Assembly (NCBI GenBank): GCA_003151615.1 | Contig: PLXZ01000004.1 | Location: forward strand, 173,285 to 237,284 | Origin: Candidatus Tayloriibacteriota bacterium | GTDB lineage: Bacteria > Patescibacteriota > Minisyncoccia > Phycocordibacterales > PALSA-1337 | Direction: 5' to 3' | Length of the DNA stretch: 64,000 nt | Shown: positions 17,359 through 26,837 of the stretch, piece after piece | Layout: the number at the start of each line of letters is the position of its first letter | Position numbering within the stretch: position 1 is the stretch's first letter | Translations under genes and position numbers: made by a program | Notes under the pieces: generated by a model | Databases searched by the model: none | What the model saw: only the letters and a program-made list of their open reading frames with translations | Told to the model about the DNA's origin: nothing

Positions 17359-17598
17359 TTAACTACGCTCGATGACTTTAGCGGTAACGACTGATGTAGG
17401 AGGTCTTTCAAAAACTGAATCAGGCACTTCAAACTCTACCGTCACGACCGCTCGATCTTTGGGTTGAGACAGGTAGCCTTCACCGTAATGTTCTTGATTA
17501 TGTTCTTCAGATTGTTTCAACAACTCATCAATCCATTGTGAAGCCGCAATAGCCTTGTTGTAACCCTTTGAAACTTCGATATGCGCTGTAACTTTCAT
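17359..17598 (-). CDS. Hypothetical small protein
   Basis: 79-aa ORF. Confidence 0.4.
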   Translation of the reverse strand: MKVTAHIEVSKGYNKAIAASQWIDELLKQSEEHNQEHYGEGYLSQPKDRAVVTVEFEVPDSVFERPPTSVVTAKVIERS

Positions 17599-17638
17599 TG
17601 ATAGTATCCTTTCTTTTTGTTTCTAGTTTAAATACTGG

Positions 17639-17971
17639 TTAGCAACAACCGCCACCGCCTGAGCAATGGCCTCCAGTTGCCCGAATGTATCGGCGAAGCG
17701 AGTCAGTGTCATAATCCTCACCGCCGATTGCTCCTGCATATACTTGTATTTTAGCATCAGGGGCTTGCAGATGTTGGACGCTGTGTTTGTAGGGTGTCTG
17801 CTTTATAAGCGACTTCCAGTTATCCAAGAGTTTTTCTTTATCATCAGACCATGTGACAAAGTTTATTTCACCCGTCCCGCATTTACAGGAGAGAGAATGT
17901 TGATATCCACGTAGGTAGGCGTTCACCTCTGGACTCCTTCCACAACGGCAGGGAATTGGTGTCATATTCAT
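17639..17971 (-). CDS. Hypothetical Cys-rich protein ending CSGGGGCC
   Basis: 110-aa ORF with CRCG...CKCG and a C-terminal Cys/Gly cluster. Confidence 0.4.
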   Translation of the reverse strand: MNMTPIPCRCGRSPEVNAYLRGYQHSLSCKCGTGEINFVTWSDDKEKLLDNWKSLIKQTPYKHSVQHLQAPDAKIQVYAGAIGGEDYDTDSLRRYIRATGGHCSGGGGCC

Positions 17972-18030
17972 AATTTTGTTTTCAAGTTGTCTGATTCAAA
18001 GATTACCTCTAACTGATTAAAAGTCAATCA

Positions 18031-18179
18031 ATTTCGATCCCTATTCGGGTATCGCAAAACCACGTTGATATACAAGGCTGAAAAAAGTGCTCCCCGAACA
18101 TGAGATTGTTATAACCATATTCTCGGATGTGGATTACATGAATCGACTGTATGGTCAGCTGTTGTTTATGAAGGCGATG
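18031..18179. repeat. Composite repeat: family B copy 2 + family A copy 3
   Basis: atttcgatccctattcgggtatcgcaaaaccacgttgatatacaaggctgaaaaaagtGCTCCccgaacatgagattgttataacc... Confidence 0.55.
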
Positions 18180-18346
18180 TCAGTATGACTTGCAAGGACT
18201 TGCTTTTATACCATATATGTGATATAATTAAGCCAGTAATCCTTAATCGTATGGTTAAGTCGTTTCGGTACCCTTTGGGTATGTGAAATAAGGGGGTATG
18301 TGTTTTCCTCCACTAAGACACAAGTTCATTGGAAAGAAATTAACGT

Positions 18347-18880
18347 ATGTTAAAAGACTACATCATCATCAACGGCCCTCCGAAGTTCGAACTCATGCTC
18401 GCTTTATTCCATACTGCGAATATTGTGTTCAAAACTGAATGCGGTCAGGTCATCACTGTAATGGTAACCCAGGTCAAAAAACTTAACGACGATGGCCACG
18501 ACGCTTGGAATATCAGGGGCTTCATCATTTTGGATGACGGAGACTATCGGAAAGATAGTCACGAATGCAGAGCCATTTTCTCCAGCAAAAACCGTAAAGG
18601 TAAGCTGACAGACCTCGGTCTGAAAAACATGAAGTTCGAGCCTGAATACCTTGAACGTCTGTCTGATGACCAACTTCGGAAGAGGGTCGCTTCTGACCAG
18701 AAAATTGCAGAACATTTCAAGGCTATACTCGATCAATACATGTGCGGACTCAATCCCCGTGATCGGTTGATTGCGGAAGTTATTGCCGCGCAGGAGTTGG
18801 CCTTGGTGACGATGGATATTCAGTCCAAACACAGCAAATATACTAATGACCGTTCACGTAACACTGCGATTGCAGCGTAA
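18347..18880 (+). CDS. Hypothetical protein
   Basis: 177-aa ORF, the only plus-strand gene in the cassette region. Confidence 0.45.
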   Translation: MLKDYIIINGPPKFELMLALFHTANIVFKTECGQVITVMVTQVKKLNDDGHDAWNIRGFIILDDGDYRKDSHECRAIFSSKNRKGKLTDLGLKNMKFEPEYLERLSDDQLRKRVASDQKIAEHFKAILDQYMCGLNPRDRLIAEVIAAQELALVTMDIQSKHSKYTNDRSRNTAIAA

Positions 18881-18896
18881 GTGCGACAGACATTTG

Positions 18897-18937
18897 TAAT
18901 TAAAACGGCGACCAGAAATGGTTGCCGTTTTTTTATT
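18897..18937 (+). terminator. Rho-independent terminator
   Basis: aaaacggcgaccagaaatggttgccgttttttt hairpin + T7. Confidence 0.6.
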
Positions 18938-18941
18938 ACTT

Positions 18942-19020
18942 GAGTTCGATCCCTGCTCGGGTGCTCGAAAACTGTGTTGATACACAAGGTTGAAAAAAGT
19001 GTTCGCCGAACATGAGAGGA
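18942..19020. repeat. Family B copy 3 + truncated family A (gttcgccgaacatgagagg)
   Basis: gagttcgatccctgctcgggtgctcgaaaactgtgttgatacacaaggttgaaaaaagtgttcgccgaacatgag. Confidence 0.5.
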
Positions 19021-19042
19021 AGATACTCTGACGCATTAGCCT

Positions 19043-19626
19043 TTAACCAACTTGTCTGATCCAATCTCGGATAAACATGCCCACTCGTTCAATATCAGTC
19101 GGTGCTAGTTCACCACTATGCATGATAATATTTCTTGATTTTTCCAAAGTTTCAATTATTTGCTTTGCCCACTCCACTTTACCAACGTGCACTTCAAAAA
19201 ATTTCCAATTTTCAGGCTTAGCCATGATAGAGATGAGGTCTCCAAATTCAGTGTAATAAATCATTGAATCACCCCTAGCGGTAAGCCAGCGAACATCTTT
19301 TTCTGACTTTTTTCTATTCTCTGCATTAGTCCTGATTTCTTTCTTTACACATAAATCCCACCAATTTTCACCTTTTTCTTCAAGAAGTTTTTTAGCAATA
19401 AACTCTCTTACTGAATTTTCAAAGGAACAGATAGCAGTATACACAACTGCCATTCGTCTCGATTTTACAACGAATTCCTCGTCCATAAGCGGAAGACCTA
19501 GTCGTTTAGATGTTTCTGCTTCCCATACTTCGGAGAAATCACCCTTTGACTTTCTACCAGCCTTATCTAAAGCCTCTTCGGTTAAAAGCCCCCTAAAGGT
19601 AAAAGAATATAATCGGTTAGAATCCA
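19043..19626 (-). CDS. HEPN-domain protein (C-terminal Rx4H motif)
   Basis: C-terminus ...EKSRNIIMHSGELAPTDIERV carries the R-x4-H HEPN signature. Internal Met MDSNRLY chosen because the upstream partner ORF ends at 19629 (abutting genes). Confidence 0.45.
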
Positions 19627-19628
19627 TA

Positions 19629-20279
19629 TTAAAACAGATGTTTTTTAAGGCTTTTAAATAGTGCGTCGTATACAGCGGCATCCCTTGATTCCGGTAGGTG
19701 AATTTGGATATTGTAATGCAATTCTGTCTTACGTAGTTTCCCACCGACACTATCCTCGTCTGTGTCTTCCTGTGCGGCAGGTGGAGTCTCTTTTGCGGAC
19801 TCAGGCTTTTGATTGTCATTCTTCTCTTTACCGCCCTGAACTTTTTTTGCTGTATTACTCCACTCAGCATAAGCGGCAAGAGTCACGAATGTATTAGCCA
19901 TTAAATGCAAAACCTTATCTGAAATTTTACCTTGAGTTAATGTTCTAAGTTTGTTTTTGACTTCTGACTGCGTAAGTTCGTTTGCCTTTGTGTTAACAGC
20001 GAATAAATCCCCATATGCTACAGTAATCGCATTTGCCAAGACTTGTTTAGATTGAGATTGATCTAAAAAGTTGAAATATATTTCTGTTGGTACAGCATTG
20101 GCATCTAGAAACCCCAATCCTTTAAGTAGTCCTATGTACAGACGGTCATTTGTACTTTTAAACTCAAGACTTTCTAGGAATTTCTGCGTAAAGGTCTCAG
20201 GCGCTTTCGCCGTAATTAGACTGTTAAAAAATGACTCAAGATTTTTTGTCGTAACCAAATATGAGGGTGTAAGTGCCAT
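19629..20279 (-). CDS. Hypothetical protein, upstream partner of the HEPN gene
   Basis: Start at MALTPSYLVTTKNLESFF..., stop abuts the HEPN start. Two-gene operon. Confidence 0.4.
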   Translation of the reverse strand: MALTPSYLVTTKNLESFFNSLITAKAPETFTQKFLESLEFKSTNDRLYIGLLKGLGFLDANAVPTEIYFNFLDQSQSKQVLANAITVAYGDLFAVNTKANELTQSEVKNKLRTLTQGKISDKVLHLMANTFVTLAAYAEWSNTAKKVQGGKEKNDNQKPESAKETPPAAQEDTDEDSVGGKLRKTELHYNIQIHLPESRDAAVYDALFKSLKKHLF

Positions 20280-20724
20280 AAAAGTATTGTTATTTATATA
20301 GCGGAAATATACCATGTACAAATAAAAAAACAATACGGTAAAATTAAGTCAATTTACCTTATTTTTCGCTTCTATCGCTCAAGAATAAATGGTATAATAC
20401 AGGGTAGAAAGTGAACTATCTGTCGATTTTTCCTTAAATGCCGTTTCTGATAAAAATCAAATAGATTCATTATCAAAGTTTGCTAATCAAAAATTAAAAT
20501 CATCATGAAGAAAACAATCATTCTCAATAGAAGTGCTGTAACAGGAAAAATAGTTACAAAGGCGTATGCGAAGAAGCATCCGCGCACTACCGAACGAGAG
20601 GTCTACAAAGTTAAGAAATAAGTACATAAATGATATCGCTGTCGGAAACGGCATTTAGGGAAAAATAACATAAAGACATACTTTCCATTAGGCTTTTGCA
20701 GAGGAATGCCAGCACGAGCGATTT

Positions 20725-21249
20725 CTACGCGTTGAGCGCAGTATTTGCGTAGTAGTTTAAGTCTTCTAGCGTAATACCTGCTCGCCGTATGATTAGATAC
20801 TTGTCCTCTGATGAAAAATAGGTCTTCCGAAGCATTCTTGAAAACGTCCGTGCCTTGTATGTCGGTGCTTCATATTTCAGTCGGCAACAGACACGACAGA
20901 GGGGTGATTCAAGAGTGCTGTATTCGTAGAGGTGCTTTGCTCGTCTTTCACAACCATTGCAGATAAAGTAAAAAATGAAGCCACGCCTTAGGTTTGAGGG
21001 TACGTAGTCCACTTTTTGTTCGTTCCAATATGGAATGCCGTCATTGAAAACAGCTATTGATTTAAATGTCGTATATCGTGGATTGTTCAATAGCCCTTTC
21101 ATATACGAAACTTCGCCCTCATGGTTTGTGTTGAGTATACGACCTTCTTTTTCTCTGATGTTTATTTTGAAGTTTCTTACATAGTCGCCAATAGTGAAGC
21201 GCAGATATCCGCTACTGTTAAATATTTTTTTGTGTTGAGAGATCCTCAT
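20725..21249 (-). CDS. Hypothetical protein with CxxC...CxxCC cluster
   Basis: 174-aa ORF, FICNGCERR...CRVCCRLKY. Confidence 0.4.
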   Translation of the reverse strand: MRISQHKKIFNSSGYLRFTIGDYVRNFKINIREKEGRILNTNHEGEVSYMKGLLNNPRYTTFKSIAVFNDGIPYWNEQKVDYVPSNLRRGFIFYFICNGCERRAKHLYEYSTLESPLCRVCCRLKYEAPTYKARTFSRMLRKTYFSSEDKYLIIRRAGITLEDLNYYANTALNA

Positions 21250-21316
21250 AATCGTTAATGAACGCTAATGAGTTTAATATTATTCGGATCTGATTTTTTA
21301 CACAACCGACAGGAAG

Positions 21317-22060
21317 TTAGTATATGTTTGAAGGAAAAACACCCGTATACTGATTACCAAAATCATCAACGCAAGTAACCTTAAAATCATATAATGAGCC
21401 AGCTATGTCCACACCTTCACCGTTGGGACTGGTTCCAAAAGTGATAGTATGTTTTTCTGTGGCGGTGTTCGCATAGGTAGTTTGGCTATAAGGCACATCT
21501 GCGCTACCACCAGCCCATGTCCATGTGCATGTTGAGGTGTTTCCGCTCGGTATTGATAGAGAAAAGCCATACTGGCCGTTATAAAATTCCGATACTTGTA
21601 CAGTCGTCGCATTAACTTTTGTATTAGGCTGAACGTCAGTAACAGGATTGTCCGTAGCTGTATTTGAATTCGTAATCGGTGACGGAGAATAATTTTCGGA
21701 GTTAACGATAGAAATTGTTAAAACTATAAGGGCAAATACTCCCCAGAAAATGTATACGGGTCTGAATCTATTTTTCTGTCGGACGACTGTAGCATAAGGT
21801 TTTGATGATTGATTGTCATCATCTGTATCGAAATCTTCTTGCTGTGTAGTGTTAAATGTCTGGTCATAGTGTGTTTTGCTTTTTTCATTAGAAAGTACGC
21901 GGTATGCTTCGTTGACCTCTTTGAATCTTTTTTCGTTACCATTATTTGTGTCAGGGTGATATTGGAGCGCGAGTATCCGATAGGCTCTTTTTATATCTTC
22001 AGTGGAAGCGTCACGAGGAATTCCTAGAATTTCGTAGTAGTCTTTTTTCATGGTTTTCAA
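21317..22060 (-). CDS. J-domain (DnaJ-like) membrane protein
   Basis: [33 protein letters not shown] with the HPD tripeptide. Central TM helix ([15 protein letters not shown]). Confidence 0.6.
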   Translation of the reverse strand: MKTMKKDYYEILGIPRDASTEDIKRAYRILALQYHPDTNNGNEKRFKEVNEAYRVLSNEKSKTHYDQTFNTTQQEDFDTDDDNQSSKPYATVVRQKNRFRPVYIFWGVFALIVLTISIVNSENYSPSPITNSNTATDNPVTDVQPNTKVNATTVQVSEFYNGQYGFSLSIPSGNTSTCTWTWAGGSADVPYSQTTYANTATEKHTITFGTSPNGEGVDIAGSLYDFKVTCVDDFGNQYTGVFPSNIY

Positions 22061-23058
22061 TTACCGAACATATATGATAATTGGTACTGATCTGCGATTT
22101 CTCCTGCTGAATTGATTTGTCCCAGAATACACCCGTTTGTTAGTGAAACAGCCGTACTACCTTGCATACCGTTTGGTATTGCTATGTTGGTTGAATCATA
22201 ATATCCTGACGCACTTGTGATATTGCCAGTAAGCATTAGACTGGTTGAATTTGGTGGCCAGCCAACAACCACTACGGAATCACCGACTGAGCCGCGTGTT
22301 GAGCAATAGTTTTGTAGATTTGTCGTAAGGGCATGAGTTGCGAGGTAATTATTTGATGTATCAATCATGATTTGTGCAAAATCAATACCCGCATTACTGA
22401 CGAGATTTATTATTTGACTTTGACCGATGTCAGAACCGACGGTAAAGGTTGATAGGCCTCCTCCATAAAGTGAAGCTCCTGCTGGGAAAGAAACAGTACA
22501 CGAGCCAGGCAGTATTTGATAACCAGCATAAGACGTATTTGTTACTGCTCCTAGAACTGTATTTATAAAGTAATTTCCACCTGTATACTGGCCAAGAAGA
22601 CCATTTCCGCTTTCTGAAAAAAGAACGTTGCCATAACGGTTATAGTAATTGCAAGTAAAGAAAGCGAGTTCTGGGGAGAGTTTGGTAGCGAGTATATTCG
22701 CAGAATAATTATTTTGTGGCTGAACAGAATTTGTTGATGGTAGAATTGCGTTTGTTGTATTTTTAGGAGTATTAACTTGACCAGTTAAATCAGCGTTGAT
22801 TGCGGTGCGTGTTAAAGAGCCGACATATCCCGTTGGCGATATACTATTTGCAGACTGGAAATTTTCTACAGCCTGTTGCGTCAATGAGTAGAAATTTCCT
22901 GTTGCCGAGCCTTGAAGGTATCCGTTACTAATCAAAAACTGTTGAAGTTCAGTTACTTGTTCTCCAGTTGAACCATAGCTTAAATTAGAGTTGATTGAGG
23001 CATATGACACAAGAGGAGCGGCGAGAAATATGACTGTTCCTATTATTATTTTTTTCAT
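22057..23058 (-). CDS. Secreted protein with N-terminal peptidoglycan-binding (PG_binding_1-like) domain
   Basis: Signal peptide. [20 protein letters not shown]...[16 protein letters not shown] matches the PG-binding repeat pattern. 4-nt overlap with the upstream J-domain gene. Confidence 0.5.
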   Translation of the reverse strand: MKKIIIGTVIFLAAPLVSYASINSNLSYGSTGEQVTELQQFLISNGYLQGSATGNFYSLTQQAVENFQSANSISPTGYVGSLTRTAINADLTGQVNTPKNTTNAILPSTNSVQPQNNYSANILATKLSPELAFFTCNYYNRYGNVLFSESGNGLLGQYTGGNYFINTVLGAVTNTSYAGYQILPGSCTVSFPAGASLYGGGLSTFTVGSDIGQSQIINLVSNAGIDFAQIMIDTSNNYLATHALTTNLQNYCSTRGSVGDSVVVVGWPPNSTSLMLTGNITSASGYYDSTNIAIPNGMQGSTAVSLTNGCILGQINSAGEIADQYQLSYMFGN

Positions 23059-23060
23059 AT

Positions 23061-23792
23061 TTATTGCGATATATTCATCGTATTAGTAACTGCACCCAAA
23101 GATTGAAGTTGTCCCTCAAGTGCGTTTCGATACGCTGTTATGGTGCTATGAAGCGTTGATGTTGAAGTCGTTGGTTGTAGGCCAGCGGTAGCTGTTACAT
23201 ACCACTCTCCGAGCGTATTAGGAAAAAGAGGCGTGCCGTCTAATCTCATGGAGCTATTGAGAACAGAAAGAAGTGTTGTGGTTCCGGTGAGGCCATTAAC
23301 TGCAGTATTGTTACCATTAAATTGCAGAGGCGCATTGTCTATATCGAAATCAATCTGTGTGAGGGCGGCTAATTCTTCGTTGATGCCCTGAATCTTTGCG
23401 TTATTTGTTGCGCTTGCCGTGGTAGCTGACTGTGTATTCGTGCTAGCGGAGCTTAATTGCCCTTGGCATAAGGCGTACTGCGTTTGCGCCTTTGCAAGCT
23501 GTTGCGTAAGGCTTGTTATGTCCGCTTCTTCCGTCGGATCCTTAACCGTCTGCGTCGTCGTTTTCGTTATGACTGTAGGAGTTTGCGATGTCGTGCTTGC
23601 AAGTTCGACCTGTAGCTGTGATATTTCAGTGTTCTGCTGATTGATTGTTTCGGTAAGGGCCACTGTTTCCGATGATGAAGCGGTTACTGAAACGGAGCTT
23701 TGACTAAACCATGTCGTTGGATTCCACCAAGCGGCGAAAGCGATTGACGGAATGAATGCTAGGCCTATGGGTGCGATAAAATATTTTTTCAT
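23061..23792 (-). CDS. Secreted coiled-coil protein
   Basis: Signal peptide. Heptad-like Q/T/L-rich region. Confidence 0.45.
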   Translation of the reverse strand: MKKYFIAPIGLAFIPSIAFAAWWNPTTWFSQSSVSVTASSSETVALTETINQQNTEISQLQVELASTTSQTPTVITKTTTQTVKDPTEEADITSLTQQLAKAQTQYALCQGQLSSASTNTQSATTASATNNAKIQGINEELAALTQIDFDIDNAPLQFNGNNTAVNGLTGTTTLLSVLNSSMRLDGTPLFPNTLGEWYVTATAGLQPTTSTSTLHSTITAYRNALEGQLQSLGAVTNTMNISQ

Positions 23793-23863
23793 TTGATTTT
23801 TTATTATTAAATTTCAACCGACGTTATCCTTATATTAAATACTACGCTTCAAAAAATAAACCT

Positions 23864-24472
23864 CTACGTCGGCAAGGTCTTGTTTTTTGAAAGCCAATTT
23901 TCCATACGATTTTCAAATGTCATAAGCTCCCACTGGGCTAAACTCGCGTTCTCATTTTTCGCTTTCTTCTTGCAAATATCCATGGCCTTTATGTACTCTT
24001 TTTCTGTAAATTCACCTTTTGTCCATTTTGGGCCTTCCCAAGCAATTTTATTTAGAATAATTGAATCTATCACGCAGTGCAGAGGTTCATCTTTTTTGAA
24101 ATTAAACACCCATAGGTATTTAAGATAGAGATTGAGAAGTTTTTGTACTCTGCCGAAAGTGATTTTGTTGTTATTCAAAATGTCGATATATACCGATTTG
24201 TTTATTTTTTGTTGAAAGTCATTGAGGAGTTCAATATACTCTTCGTCCGTATTAGGAATTTTTTCTGAAAATTTTTCAAGCTGTTCCGATAAATAATCTC
24301 TAAATTTCATCCGCTTATTTGGGTCGGCGTTCAGTTTGTAAGTGGAGTAGCCTCTTATTAACGCCGCTTGGAAAACCAAAGAAGAGATTTCTTTTTTGGC
24401 GAATTCTATTTTTTTGAATTCTATTGATTGCATACAAAAAGCCCACCACAGGTAGAGGCCTAAGCCTCTCAT
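23864..24472 (-). CDS. Hypothetical protein
   Basis: 202-aa ORF, Lys-rich. Confidence 0.4.
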   Translation of the reverse strand: MRGLGLYLWWAFCMQSIEFKKIEFAKKEISSLVFQAALIRGYSTYKLNADPNKRMKFRDYLSEQLEKFSEKIPNTDEEYIELLNDFQQKINKSVYIDILNNNKITFGRVQKLLNLYLKYLWVFNFKKDEPLHCVIDSIILNKIAWEGPKWTKGEFTEKEYIKAMDICKKKAKNENASLAQWELMTFENRMENWLSKNKTLPT

Positions 24473-24752
24473 ATCAGTTTCCCAATATGGCGAGTTAAGC
24501 GACCCTATGATGGGTTTTTTATGCTTAACTCGACTTTCTTCACCATGCCATTGGATTACTCAAATGGTTTAGGCTACTTCTAACATATTCAGTTGTGGCC
24601 TAATCATACAATAAACGCCAATATCTGCAATGGTGATTAAATCAGAGCAAGCGCAGGACAAAGTTCTTTTTGTGAGGTAGTATATTTCTATGCGGACACA
24701 GGTTTACAGCTGTTAGAGCCGAGTTTTAAGCGAAAGAGCCACCTATAAAGAT

Positions 24753-25343
24753 ATGAAAAAGTTATCAAATAAACCCATTTCGGATCCGTCGCACGACACG
24801 GAGAAAAAAGATAACAAAATTGAAGCGGTGGTTTTAATTGCCTACGTACGTGAGACATATGGGGAACCAAGGCTTGCTCTTTATGTATTAAACTCAATTA
24901 TCGGTAAACGTATTAAGAAATTTACTAAAGAGAAGTGGGGTATAGCGAAATTTATCGCAGAAAGAACTTCCTATATTTCTGTCGAAGAAGATTATGATGT
25001 TGATGTTGAAAAAGGGGATTGGGGTCTTCCAGTAATGATGGGCGCGGCACGACCGATAAATGTTGATATTCTAGATAAAAATAATTTATCATTGCTTAGA
25101 CAGGAAGTTAAGACTTTTTTTGACAACATATCAAATTTTGTTTCAAGCACTAATAGACCAAGATGGGTTTGCCAAAAATGTGGCAGATTTTTAGGAAAAG
25201 AACTTTCGTCTGCTAGCGAAGTGAAAAAATTATTGAGGGATTTTAGTATGGGAAAATATCACAAGTGTCGTTCATGTCCAACAAATAATTACTTCACTTT
25301 CAATTCTGACGGTATCGTTTTCCACAGTAAACCGATTGACTAA
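24753..25343 (+). CDS. Hypothetical protein with C-terminal zinc-ribbon (CQKCG...CRSC)
   Basis: 196-aa ORF. Confidence 0.45.
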   Translation: MKKLSNKPISDPSHDTEKKDNKIEAVVLIAYVRETYGEPRLALYVLNSIIGKRIKKFTKEKWGIAKFIAERTSYISVEEDYDVDVEKGDWGLPVMMGAARPINVDILDKNNLSLLRQEVKTFFDNISNFVSSTNRPRWVCQKCGRFLGKELSSASEVKKLLRDFSMGKYHKCRSCPTNNYFTFNSDGIVFHSKPID

Positions 25344-25723
25344 TACGGTATTTCGTGTATAGTAGCACCAGCTCATTAACGTCTGAAATATCTGAAGGCA
25401 CGGGATGTGTCCGTAGGAAATTGTATCTGTTTTGCAGGTAACTCACAGAGGTGGGCTGTAGAAGCCAGAACAATGAATAGCAGTCTTGACGACTGGTGTT
25501 TATTGTTTTGGCTTTTTTCGTTCCAAAAAACGAATTATCAAAAATAAACTACGGACTTTTCTGAGCTTTAACAGCTTTAGAAAACTACAATTACAAAAGA
25601 AGAAAATAACAAGCCCACCCAAGATGCGGCTCGTCAGTTTGCATCTCTGATAGTGGCACTCATTCAGGAAATTAGCTTCAGCGAAAAAATAGAAAAATCG
25701 GACGTTAGAAATTAAAAAATCCC

Positions 25724-26203
25724 ATGAATCCAACAAACATTGAAAGTAAAATAGAACAGCCTCAAAAATCAAAAATTATAAGTTCTCCACAATTATCGAA
25801 TCAAATGCCAGCCATAAAAGAAAGCGACATCGGTTGGCTTGAACACATGGACATTGACGTCATGCACTTCAGCTTTCTCTCGGGCGTCGGAAGCCATTTC
25901 GGACTTAAAACCCTCGACGTCGCGATTATTTGTTGCATTTGGATTTTTTCCAAACGTAAAGGGTTCTGTTACTTGAGTAAGGAGAGAATGGCCGTCTTAG
26001 TCTGCACGAATCCAGTGAGCCTCTATCAGCATCTTGGAAGTCTTAAAAAAAAGCAATATATTGAGCAATCAGAAAAAACAATGGGCAGAGTCACTTTGTT
26101 ACGCCTATCTCCTGAAGTCCAAGATTACGTAAACCGCACAAAATCGGAAATCGACAAACGAAGAGAACGGAACAAAAAATCGAGCAAAAATAATGGGTAC
26201 TAA
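25724..26203 (+). CDS. Hypothetical protein (possible winged-helix DNA-binding, phage-like)
   Basis: 159-aa ORF with a basic C-terminus. Confidence 0.4.
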   Translation: MNPTNIESKIEQPQKSKIISSPQLSNQMPAIKESDIGWLEHMDIDVMHFSFLSGVGSHFGLKTLDVAIICCIWIFSKRKGFCYLSKERMAVLVCTNPVSLYQHLGSLKKKQYIEQSEKTMGRVTLLRLSPEVQDYVNRTKSEIDKRRERNKKSSKNNGY

Positions 26204-26433
26204 AGAATCCGTGGGAGTAATACTAAAGAATCTTTAGACCATAATGAATCCCATATTGAATTAAATAATAATTATTGTATCAACCCTCAAATGCGGATCC
26301 GAATGCGATAAAAATGCTCCCCTAAATGCATGAATTCAATCACGGATCCGTTCCGTCGGTGCGCATAAGTCTGGTTGATTTACCTCTCGACAGTTTATAA
26401 AATAAAAACATCAATATTATCTACTGTAAAGAG

Positions 26434-26622
26434 ATGTATCAAAAACCCATAGCCAAAATCAACGAGATAAAAGCCTTGCTCAAAGCAGGTCAAATCTCAT
26501 TCGATGAGGCCAAGGCGTTAGCGTCTCCGCTCATTAAGGAAATGGAAGCCTCTGCGGAAAAGGTTGCGAAGAAATTTCGCCGACCTGCTCCAAAGTTCAG
26601 CTTCACTGCTTTAATGAGATGA
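26434..26622 (+). CDS. Small hypothetical protein
   Basis: 62 aa, stop overlaps the next start (ATGA). Confidence 0.35.
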   Translation: MYQKPIAKINEIKALLKAGQISFDEAKALASPLIKEMEASAEKVAKKFRRPAPKFSFTALMR

Positions 26623-26822
26623 AAAAATCTATCAAAAAGTACGAAGTCTCATTAACAGAAATTAAGCACGGACATGTCGTCGTCGAAGCTAAAAGCTACG
26701 ACGAGGCTACCCGAATAGCATTACAAAATTACCACCAAGGCGAAGTAACTATGGGCGATACGCCCGACATTGAAACGAAAGCGGTCAAAGAAATACCGCC
26801 CATAGGATTTTTGCCTCACTAA
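26619..26822 (+). CDS. Small hypothetical protein
   Basis: 67 aa, translationally coupled with the upstream gene and immediately upstream of the recombinase. Confidence 0.35.
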   Translation: MKKSIKKYEVSLTEIKHGHVVVEAKSYDEATRIALQNYHQGEVTMGDTPDIETKAVKEIPPIGFLPH

Positions 26823-26837
26823 AAAATATATAAAATT

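Noticed and set aside
12306-19042. Classical integron (IntI + attI + attC)
   Set aside because: No tyrosine recombinase of IntI type in the window. The only recombinases are large serine recombinases. The repeats lack the R''/L''-L'/R' attC organisation, so the array is described as cassette-like rather than as an integron.
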